Assembly: GCA_037441705.1 (NCBI GenBank)
Contig: JBBIRR010000048.1
Coordinates: forward strand, 1 to 28,376
From: Ignavibacteriales bacterium
GTDB taxonomy: Bacteria > Bacteroidota > Ignavibacteria > UBA10030 > UBA6906
Direction of reading: 5' to 3'
Length of the DNA: 28,376 bases
Shown here: piece by piece, positions 17,508-24,999 of the stretch
Position numbering within the stretch: position 1 is the stretch's first letter
How the letters are laid out: each line of letters begins with the position of its first letter
The notes under the pieces: generated by a model
What the model saw: the letters and a program-made list of their open reading frames with translations, nothing else
What the model was told of the DNA's origin: nothing
The model's database searches: none
Position numbers and translations under genes: made by a program

Positions 17508-17894
17508 ATGAGACAGCACCGACTCTTAGCGATTGCCACCGTTTGCACTGCTGCGACTCTGGGATTTCTCTCCGGTTGTGAGGACTTAGGTGGAACACGT
17601 CCCATCACGCAACACGACGCGCAGTTGGTCTGGGTGGGCAAAGTGTTCTCCGGCGGCAGACAATGCACGCAGGATATCTACTCGCCTCCTGATACGAAGC
17701 AGCTCTTGAATGCCGCCGGCATTGAGGTGTACGCAACTTCGATTGAGCACATTGCCGTGTGCAGGGCATGTTACGTCTGTCCCACGTACGCTGCGTTGCA
17801 TGCGGCACGCATACGAGAGGAACAGGTGCCGCTGGCAGAGACCTTGGGATTTTATAGAATCGAGGAGCCACCCGACCGCCATTCGCGTCCGTAA
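17508..17894 (+). CDS. Hypothetical Cys-rich lipoprotein
   Basis: Lipobox LSGC; GGRQC and VCRACYVCP motifs; starts 4 nt after the TBDR stop. Confidence 0.75.
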   Translation: MRQHRLLAIATVCTAATLGFLSGCEDLGGTRPITQHDAQLVWVGKVFSGGRQCTQDIYSPPDTKQLLNAAGIEVYATSIEHIAVCRACYVCPTYAALHAARIREEQVPLAETLGFYRIEEPPDRHSRP

Positions 17895-18071
17895 TCGAGA
17901 GAATCGAGGCGGATGGTTTCTTTCGTGCGGCTTTCTTCCGTTCGTTCACGGGAGAGGTAGGGAGAGGAGAAGAGGAGCAACGTCTTTGGAGTAGTGCTGC
18001 GTTCGTGACAACCGGACATCAGATAGGCAAAGGGACGGTGGGCGCGGCACTACTCATTTCTTTTTCCGGCG

Positions 18072-19304
18072 TTATTCGCCGTCGTGTTTCCGTCGCTCGT
18101 ATCGTTTTTCCGGGTCGAGTTGCTCGGCGTACGGACCGTCCCAACTCTTCAAAAAAATCTGTTTCACACGCGCAGCAAGCGGCGCGTGGTGGACGATGAG
18201 GCCAACGTTGCGCGAGGTGTAGAAGTAGCTCTTCTCCGCATTGCTCGTCCCCAGCCAGAACGCCCGACCGTCCGCCACGATGTACTTGCAGTGCTCGACG
18301 CGCGCGAAGGAAACATACCCGCCGCTCCATTCCGGGATAACGCTGAACCGCACTTCGATGTTATGAACGGTGGAAAGATCCTTCAAGGCTTTCTCTGCGG
18401 GCGTGCCTTTCTCCCAATCGGAAACAAGAAGGCGCACACGCACACCGCGTGCTGCGGCGCGACGCAGCGCATCGTCCAGAACACGATAGGTGCTTCCATC
18501 CCGCGCGCGTGTGTCGTAACCCAGGAACTGAAGCGCGACATCCGTTCGTGCCCCGTCAATCAGGCGTACGATGTTTGGTTCGTCCCAGAGGCTTGAATCG
18601 CGAACGAACCCGATCGGGCTTGCAGTTGGCGTAAGCAGCAGCGTGTCGTTGTCTGTCCGAACAGCGGCCAACGGCGCTCCGTAGGTTGTGGGAGAGAGAA
18701 GGCGCGGGAGCGCCGTCCGGTCGTTTGTTGCGGCAAGGTTCCAATCCAGCTCGAAGATGTCGGCATAGAAACGAGCAAGCCTTGCGTGCCGCACGACCAG
18801 CCCCAGTTCGTGGATATGCCGCAGCGCGCGCCAGTCGAAATTCTGACTGCCGAGAAACACCGTTTCCCCGTCCACAACAAAGAACTTTGCGTGCTGCACA
18901 CCGCCGGCAAGCTTGCCATAATCAATGATGCGCGTCGTGATGTTGTTCTGCTTCGAGAGCCTCTCGAGACTTTCCGGATACGTTTTGGAGAAGCGCGCAT
19001 CGGCGAGGATCCGGGTGCGCACGCCTCGCTGTGCCGCTTGCTCGATCGCCTGAAGAATATCTTCCAACGGCTCGTTTGGTTTGTTGGAGATATAAAACTG
19101 CTCGATGTCGAGCGTCGCCTTCGCTGCGTTGATCAACTCCAACCATACTTCCTGCGTGTTGCGGATATCGGGGTTGTCAAGATTCGTCTCGATCGGAATG
19201 CTCTCTACCAACTCGATGAAAAAGGAAGAAGAGGGGTTGGGGGAAACGGGGAGGTGAGGCTGGAAGAGCCAGAGGAGGAGAACGAAAATGCGGCGCATCG
19301 GCAT
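18072..19304 (-). CDS. Secreted phospholipase D family protein (two HKD motifs)
   Basis: QHAKFFVVDG..GSQNFDWR and EHCKYIVADG..GTSN; N-terminal signal-like segment; ELVESIP. Confidence 0.9.
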   Translation of the reverse strand: MPMRRIFVLLLWLFQPHLPVSPNPSSSFFIELVESIPIETNLDNPDIRNTQEVWLELINAAKATLDIEQFYISNKPNEPLEDILQAIEQAAQRGVRTRILADARFSKTYPESLERLSKQNNITTRIIDYGKLAGGVQHAKFFVVDGETVFLGSQNFDWRALRHIHELGLVVRHARLARFYADIFELDWNLAATNDRTALPRLLSPTTYGAPLAAVRTDNDTLLLTPTASPIGFVRDSSLWDEPNIVRLIDGARTDVALQFLGYDTRARDGSTYRVLDDALRRAAARGVRVRLLVSDWEKGTPAEKALKDLSTVHNIEVRFSVIPEWSGGYVSFARVEHCKYIVADGRAFWLGTSNAEKSYFYTSRNVGLIVHHAPLAARVKQIFLKSWDGPYAEQLDPEKRYERRKHDGE

Positions 19305-19313
19305 TCCCTAACG

Positions 19314-19838
19314 TTACACAAGCGGCGATGACGGTTTGATCGCGCGGAACAATGCCCGCAGCGTTTCTTCGGCGATCGGGAAGTCCACGGCGAGCCAGTA
19401 CAGCGACGTGCCGATAGCAAAGAAGTAATGAGCCTGGCCGTCGCCCGTGCAGAAGGAGACCTGCTGCCCATCAATGACCTGTTGCTCGTAATCCGAAAAG
19501 GGGGTGAAGCCTGTTTTGATGCCCCTGATCATCCGGTCCAGACTCTGCGCGGCCTCTTCCTCCTCTCCGTAAACGGAGAGGTAGAGTGTTGCCGACCCGT
19601 TTTCATCGGCGTACACTCCGATGGCGTTGTCGCGCGGTGTCACTCCCTTGCCGTGCATCTGGTTGATGATGCGCCGTGCCTCGTCGCCGAAGAGGTGTCG
19701 CTGCAGGCGGAGGTCGCCCAATGCCGGCGGAAGTGTCAGGGGCTGTTGCGTGAACTGCGGCACGAGCAGCACGGCGAGCGCCAGAGCGAACGCAATCACA
19801 ACAATAACCGCAAGAGCCTGCTTGCTGACGCGTTCCAT
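19314..19838 (-). CDS. Hypothetical membrane-anchored exported protein
   Basis: N-terminal hydrophobic helix; tightly packed (3 and 9 nt gaps) between co-oriented genes. Confidence 0.7.
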   Translation of the reverse strand: MERVSKQALAVIVVIAFALALAVLLVPQFTQQPLTLPPALGDLRLQRHLFGDEARRIINQMHGKGVTPRDNAIGVYADENGSATLYLSVYGEEEEAAQSLDRMIRGIKTGFTPFSDYEQQVIDGQQVSFCTGDGQAHYFFAIGTSLYWLAVDFPIAEETLRALFRAIKPSSPLV

Positions 19839-19841
19839 GGT

Positions 19842-20702
19842 TCAGAGGGGTTTCGTGGTTTTTCGTGCCATCCGTGTGCGCAAGCCCTTGTAGTCGATCT
19901 CGCGCTTCTCGTTGAATGCTCTGATGCCCTCCTGAATTTCCTCGGCGCCGGTGTGGACCGTAAGCCAGTCACGCAGGTGGCCGATCGTGAGTGCCCACGA
20001 GAAGTCACGCCAGAAGTTGAGCTGCTGCTTGGTGTAGCGCGTACATTCGGGGAGTTTATTCACCAACTTCTCCGCCATCTGATCAACAGCCTTGTCGAGC
20101 CGACGACGAGGCACTACCTGATTGACCAATCCCCATTCTAACGCCTTCTTGATGGGAATCTTTTCGTTGAGCAGAAGAATCTCTCGTGCGCGCCTGTCGC
20201 CGACGATGAGAGGCAGCCATTGCGTTGCGCCGGCAGCGGCAACGCTTCCGCGGGAAGTGCCTGCGTGTCCGATGTAGATGTCATCCGCAGCAACGGCGAG
20301 GTCGCAGGACATCTGCAGCTCGTTGCCGCCCCCAACCGTGATGCCGTTCAGTCGCGCAATCGTCGGCTTGCCGAGATTGCGCAGCCGCTCGAAGGTTTCC
20401 ATGAACACGCCCATCCACTTGTAGAAATCATTCGGCGATTCAAGGAACTCCTCCTTCCATTCCTTCATGTCGGCGCCGGTACAGAATGCTTTGGTTCCCG
20501 CGCCGGTAATAATGAGGACGGCGACCGTGTCATCCCACGCGGCGTCTTGCAAGGCTGTCTGCATCTCGAGCAGCGTCGCAAGATTCAGGCAGTTGTACAC
20601 CTCGGGTCTGTTGATCGTGAGTGTCGCCCGCCAGTTTCCTTTGGTGTAGAGAATGTTCTGGAAGTTGAAACTTGCCGGGTCTTTTCCTGTATATGTCGCC
20701 AT
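19842..20702 (-). CDS. Crotonase-family enzyme, MenB/Oah(BamA)/BadI-like subgroup
   Basis: INRPEVYN, TGAGTKAFCTGAD, NGITVGGGNEL, GHAGTSRGSVAAAGATQWLP, TRYTKQQLNFW; lacks the second catalytic Glu (the PE motif) of true hydratases. Confidence 0.75.
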   Translation of the reverse strand: MATYTGKDPASFNFQNILYTKGNWRATLTINRPEVYNCLNLATLLEMQTALQDAAWDDTVAVLIITGAGTKAFCTGADMKEWKEEFLESPNDFYKWMGVFMETFERLRNLGKPTIARLNGITVGGGNELQMSCDLAVAADDIYIGHAGTSRGSVAAAGATQWLPLIVGDRRAREILLLNEKIPIKKALEWGLVNQVVPRRRLDKAVDQMAEKLVNKLPECTRYTKQQLNFWRDFSWALTIGHLRDWLTVHTGAEEIQEGIRAFNEKREIDYKGLRTRMARKTTKPL

Positions 20703-20736
20703 GTGCTGTTGTGGTTAGGGTGGTGGATTGCGGGTA

Positions 20737-21042
20737 TTATGCCTCGTGAACCTCGCCCAGAAAAACCGTCACCAGATCGGCGGCGAAGCTCATCAGATCC
20801 CTGGCCACCGCTTTGCCTTCCTTTGAAGCGAGCGCGGCATCTAACGCTTCTTTGTTCTCGAAGTACATTTCGCAAAGGAGATAGTACTTCGTCTCCCCGA
20901 TAGGCGCGCCGGTGATTTTCGTGATCTCCAACTTCTTCAATCCCGGATACTGTTTCACAAGCGGTGTGTGGGTCTCGAAATAGTGCTTATCAAATTCGGC
21001 GGCATCGCCGGGTTTGCGGTAGAGAGCGATTAACTTCGTCAT
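20737..21042 (-). CDS. EthD family protein
   Basis: Start ATG 21042; MTKLIALYRKP..FDKHYFETHTPL..PGL..EMYF..ALASKEG..DL. Confidence 0.88.
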   Translation of the reverse strand: MTKLIALYRKPGDAAEFDKHYFETHTPLVKQYPGLKKLEITKITGAPIGETKYYLLCEMYFENKEALDAALASKEGKAVARDLMSFAADLVTVFLGEVHEA

Positions 21043-21299
21043 GAGGCGTCCCCGACAAAAGTGGCAAGAGAAAGAATGAGAAAAACGTTGCGAAAATATA
21101 GCGAAGCTTCGCGGGAGAAGCAACGCTGCAGCGTGGTTGCAGGTGGCTAAAGCCGTTGGCCAGTTGGCCGATATTCTTCACGCGCGAATCATGGAAAGGC
21201 CCGCCCATGTTCGAGAGGAGCGTGAGATAACTCCGCCAACCGATGATGACACGCGATGCGCTCGGGCGATGGCGTCGCCGCAAGAACGATCAGCCTGCA

Positions 21300-21314
21300 T
21301 GGCACTTGTCTTGC
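21300..21314 (+). promoter_or_regulatory. Sigma54 (-24/-12) promoter
   Basis: TGGCAC-TTGTC-TTGC matches TGGCAC-N5-TTGC with GG-N10-GC spacing, about 80 nt upstream of ATG 21396. Confidence 0.7.
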
Positions 21315-21395
21315 GTTGTCAATCCTCATCTCCCCTCTTCGGCGTTCACCGTGAGCTTGCATGCAGCCGCTCACACCACTTTCAGGATTCTTGCC

Positions 21396-22208
21396 ATGTC
21401 GAACCACGCACGACGAACGCGCATCGTGTTGGTGGGAGATGAGGGGGATGGCAATACACTCCGCAGCGTCTGGAGAGCATCTCGGTTTCCGCACAGCGTG
21501 CTCTTTCATGTGAGAAGAGTGGACGAACTCTTCTCTCTTTCCTCGGACGAAATGTTTGACGTTGTTCTTCTCGCCCTTCCGCAAAGCGGCGACGACAGTT
21601 CCGAGCTGTTGAGACGTGTCAGCGAAACCTATCCCGCCACGCCCATCATCGTTCTTGTGGAGGTATGTTCGGATCTGCTCAATCATCTTCTGCTGCGCAT
21701 GGGTGCGTGGAAAGTTGTGGAATGGCATCATCTAACGACAAACCGTCTCTCGCACGTCCTTCGCGAAGTCGCCAGCGCTCGAAGAAACGAGAAGGCACAA
21801 CGGCAGCAGCAGAGTCTGGAAGAAGTGCTGCGCTTGTTGCAACAGCGCGTGTCGCTGGGAGATGCGCTCCCTTCAGGCGAGCAGTCCCTTCGTCCGCTGA
21901 GTGAAGTGATGCCTTCGAAGTTTCTTGAATTGACCAGGAGTTACAGTAACATTGTGGATCTTGCGTTGGGCTGTGCGGGCCTCGGCACACGGCGCTTCAG
22001 CGGACGCAGCGTGTCGCAGCAACTGCGGTATCTTGCCTCCGACCTTGGCGCCCTCAACGCGACCGTCTGGGACGTGCTTGATGTCCACGGCCGGGCACTG
22101 GAAGCTCGGGCGGAAGATGCCCTTCGGGCAGAAACAAAGCAGGTGCTGGTTGACTTGCTCAAGTATCTTTCCGCCTTCTATAAGCACGCTCCGTATGCAG
22201 TTGCATGA
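21396..22208 (+). CDS. Pseudo-receiver domain + KaiA C-terminal-like helical domain (KaiA3-like protein)
   Basis: Receiver-fold pattern RIVLVGDE..FDVVLLAL..PATPIIVL..LRMGA; C-terminal FLELTRSYSNIVD..LASDLG..DVLDVH..LVDLLKYLSAFYK resembles KaiA-C/KaiA3 from memory. Start 21396 chosen because the track start (21243) lies upstream of the sigma54 site. Confidence 0.65.
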   Translation: MSNHARRTRIVLVGDEGDGNTLRSVWRASRFPHSVLFHVRRVDELFSLSSDEMFDVVLLALPQSGDDSSELLRRVSETYPATPIIVLVEVCSDLLNHLLLRMGAWKVVEWHHLTTNRLSHVLREVASARRNEKAQRQQQSLEEVLRLLQQRVSLGDALPSGEQSLRPLSEVMPSKFLELTRSYSNIVDLALGCAGLGTRRFSGRSVSQQLRYLASDLGALNATVWDVLDVHGRALEARAEDALRAETKQVLVDLLKYLSAFYKHAPYAVA

Positions 22209-22405
22209 GCTAACGACCCGCAAGCACTCACCCGTTCCGTTGAATGCCCCGCTTCGCTCCACGAACACTAAGGGTCGTTTGCGCTTTCCCGTCTAAATCT
22301 CCCCTATTCGGCACCCGTCAAAGCTGCTGTTCGCGCTGAGAAATTGTGCGTTGACAGGAATAATGAGCGCGTGTACACCCCCCCATCGTTGCTTCCGCAT
22401 CCCTA

Positions 22406-22433
22406 TTGACTTTACGTCAGCAAAATATAATCT
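22406..22433 (+). promoter_or_regulatory. Candidate sigma70 promoter of the mntR operon
   Basis: TTGACT at 22406-22411; -10 candidates TATAAT (22426-22431, 14-nt spacer) or TAATCT (22428-22433, 16-nt spacer). Confidence 0.5.
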
Positions 22434-22448
22434 TTAGGTGAGCCTAAA
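22433..22448. promoter_or_regulatory. DtxR/MntR-family operator palindrome
   Basis: TTTAGG-TGAG-CCTAAA perfect inverted repeat with DtxR-box-like TTAGG/CCTAA half-sites, just downstream of the -10 and 20 nt before the mntR ATG. Confidence 0.8.
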
Positions 22449-22468
22449 TTCAATCTACCGCTTCTACT

Positions 22469-23122
22469 ATGCCAACCATCAGCACGGAAGATTACATCAA
22501 AGTCATCTACAAGCTCGAGGAGAAAGGCGAGCGTGCCACGACCTCGGCCCTCGCCGCACAGCTCGGCGTTGCCGATGCTTCGATTACGGACATGATCAAG
22601 AAACTTTCCGAGAAGGGATTGCTGCGGTACGAGCGCTATCAAGGAGTCCGGCTCACCGCGAAAGGGCGCAAGATGGCGCTCGGCATCCTGCGCCGGCATC
22701 GTCTCTGGGAGATGTTCCTCACCCAATTCCTCGGCTACTCGTGGGATAAAGTGCACGACGAGGCTGAACGATTGGAGCATGTCACGTCGGATGAGTTAGA
22801 GCATCGGCTTGACGAGGCGCTCGGATTCCCGAGCGTGGATCCGCACGGCCATCCGATTCCGACGAAGGATGGAGAGCTTGCAGGCACGGATGACGCATCT
22901 CTCTCCGCATGCAACGTGGGGGATATTGTGCGCATCTCTCGCGTCGATGATGATGATTCAGAACTCCTTCAGCATGCTGCCGAGTTAGGACTCTCGCTCA
23001 ACAGTAAACTTACGGTGAAAGACAAGAAAGCCTTTGACGGATCAATGGTGGTCAAGGTCGGCGCCAGGCATCACTTCATCAGCAAGCAAGTCGCTGATGC
23101 CATTTTCGTGGAGCCTGCATAG
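22469..23122 (+). CDS. mntR: DtxR/MntR-family metal-dependent repressor with C-terminal FeoA/SH3-like domain
   Basis: STEDYIKVIY, RRHRLWEMFL, VHDEAERLEH, DPHGHPIP. Confidence 0.92.
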   Translation: MPTISTEDYIKVIYKLEEKGERATTSALAAQLGVADASITDMIKKLSEKGLLRYERYQGVRLTAKGRKMALGILRRHRLWEMFLTQFLGYSWDKVHDEAERLEHVTSDELEHRLDEALGFPSVDPHGHPIPTKDGELAGTDDASLSACNVGDIVRISRVDDDDSELLQHAAELGLSLNSKLTVKDKKAFDGSMVVKVGARHHFISKQVADAIFVEPA

Positions 23123-24979
23123 ATGGAACGCGCGACGGTTTCACTGTCGGAAGTTCATCGCAGCGTTGCCATTCCGCGGAATGTCGGGTTGGTGAAGCGG
23201 CTGTTCGCCTTCGCCGGGCCGGCGTACCTTGTCAGCGTGGGCTACATGGATCCGGGGAACTGGGCAACCGATCTCGAAGGCGGCGCCCGCTTCGGCTACC
23301 AACTGTTGTGGGTGCTGGTGATGTCCAACGCGATGGCGATTCTGCTTCAAACGCTTTCCGCTCGCATGGGGATTGCCACCGGGCGCGATCTTGCGCAAGC
23401 GTGCCGCGAGAATTACCCGCGTCCGGTCGCGTATGTGCTCTGGTTCCTGTGCGAGATCGCCATCGCCGCATGCGACCTTGCGGAAGTCCTCGGCACCGCT
23501 ATCGGTCTCAATCTCCTGTTCGACATCCCGCTGCTGTATGGCGTTATCATCACCGGCTTCGATACGATGCTCTTCCTCCTTATTCAACACTTCGGCATTC
23601 GGAAGATGGAGGCGTTTATTCTCATGCTGGTGACCACCATCGGCATCTGTTTCGGCATCGAGTTGGTGCTGGCACAACCGCGCGTGAGCGAGCTTGCAAC
23701 AGGGTTGGTGCCCCACCTGAGTCCGGAAAGCCTGTACGTCGCCATCGGGATTCTCGGCGCGACCGTCATGCCGCACAATCTCTACCTGCATTCTGCGTTG
23801 GTGCAGACTCGCTCGGTCGAACAAACGGAAGAAGGCAAGCGAGCAGCATGCAAGTACAATCTGGTGGATACCACTCTCGCACTGAATGCAGCGTTGTTCG
23901 TCAATGCGGCCATTCTCATTCTTTCTGCCTCGACCTTTTTCAAACACGGCATTGTGGTGACCGAGATTCAACAAGCGCACGAACTGCTTACGCCTCTGTT
24001 GGGCACAACGCTCGCGAGTACGCTGTTCGCTATTGCTCTGCTCTCGGCGGGCCAGAGTTCTACCCTTACCGGTACGTTAGCAGGGCAAATCGTGATGGAG
24101 GGATTTCTGCAATTCAAGATGCGACCCTGGCTGCGCCGTCTCATCACACGCCTGATCGCCATCGTGCCCGCGGTGATCGTCATCTCGATCCAGGGTGAGC
24201 ACGGCTCGTATGAACTGCTTATTCTCAGTCAGGTCATTCTCAGCTTACAACTTCCGTTCGCCGTTGTGCCGCTTATCCAGTACACCAGCGATAAGGAAAA
24301 GATGGGGCGGTTCGCCAATCCTCTGTGGCTCAGCATTCTGGCGTGGGTGGTTGCATCGGTGATCGTCGGACTCAATGCGCGTCTTGTCTATCAGACTCTT
24401 GCCGGCTGGATCGCCGACGCGGAGAACCCGTTCTGGCTGTGGGTAACGGTCATTCCGCTCGTCGTCGGGCTGGCGTTGCTGCTTCTTTACATCGCATTGC
24501 CGAAAGCGTTGCGCAAGAAGAAAGTCGCGCCCGCACCTGCCGCAGCACCGCTGCAGTTGCCCGAGCAGCAGTATCAACGCATCGGCGTTGCGTTGGATTT
24601 TGGTGCGATGAGTACGACGGTTCTTGCTCATGCGCTCTCCACTGCCAGACGACACGGCGCGGAAGTGATTCTCTTCCATGTCGTGGAAGGCGTCGGCGGA
24701 CAACTCTTCGGCAAGCAAGCCTTCGACGATGAAGCGCGACACGACGCCGAAACGCTCGAGGCGATCGCTGAAGGACTCCGCCAGCGCGGCATCACTGCCC
24801 GCACGATGCTTGGGTTCGGGCGTGTGCCCAAGGAGCTGATTCGCCTCAGCAACGAAGCGGGCATCGATCTTCTTATCATGGGCGCACACGGGCATCGTGG
24901 GATCAAGGACCTGATCTTCGGCGCGTCGATTTCGGAGGTGCGCCATGCGCTGCATATTCCGGTGTTGGTCGTGCAGTAA
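23123..24979 (+). CDS. mntH: Nramp divalent metal (Mn2+/Fe2+) transporter with C-terminal universal stress protein domain
   Basis: YMDPGNWATD, GATVMPHNLYLHS, QSSTLTGTLAGQIVMEGF; USP: RIGVALDF..LFHVVE..MGAHGHRGIKDLIFG..IPVLVV. Confidence 0.95.
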   Translation: MERATVSLSEVHRSVAIPRNVGLVKRLFAFAGPAYLVSVGYMDPGNWATDLEGGARFGYQLLWVLVMSNAMAILLQTLSARMGIATGRDLAQACRENYPRPVAYVLWFLCEIAIAACDLAEVLGTAIGLNLLFDIPLLYGVIITGFDTMLFLLIQHFGIRKMEAFILMLVTTIGICFGIELVLAQPRVSELATGLVPHLSPESLYVAIGILGATVMPHNLYLHSALVQTRSVEQTEEGKRAACKYNLVDTTLALNAALFVNAAILILSASTFFKHGIVVTEIQQAHELLTPLLGTTLASTLFAIALLSAGQSSTLTGTLAGQIVMEGFLQFKMRPWLRRLITRLIAIVPAVIVISIQGEHGSYELLILSQVILSLQLPFAVVPLIQYTSDKEKMGRFANPLWLSILAWVVASVIVGLNARLVYQTLAGWIADAENPFWLWVTVIPLVVGLALLLLYIALPKALRKKKVAPAPAAAPLQLPEQQYQRIGVALDFGAMSTTVLAHALSTARRHGAEVILFHVVEGVGGQLFGKQAFDDEARHDAETLEAIAEGLRQRGITARTMLGFGRVPKELIRLSNEAGIDLLIMGAHGHRGIKDLIFGASISEVRHALHIPVLVVQ

Positions 24980-24999
24980 CGGAACAGGAGGGAGATGCG

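Noticed and set aside
19842-20702. Assigning menB or oah as gene symbol
   Set aside because: The MenB-type FCSGGDQ motif is absent, the protein is shorter than typical Oah, and no men or benzoyl-CoA reductase genes are in the window.
21243-22208. Ordinary phosphorylatable response regulator
   Set aside because: Phospho-acceptor Asp and conserved Lys appear to be missing and there is no HTH or enzymatic output domain.
22209-22405. Mn-sensing (yybP-ykoY) riboswitch or other ncRNA upstream of mntR
   Set aside because: No recognisable conserved motif, and the candidate promoter lies downstream of this stretch, leaving too short a leader; an Rfam search would settle it.
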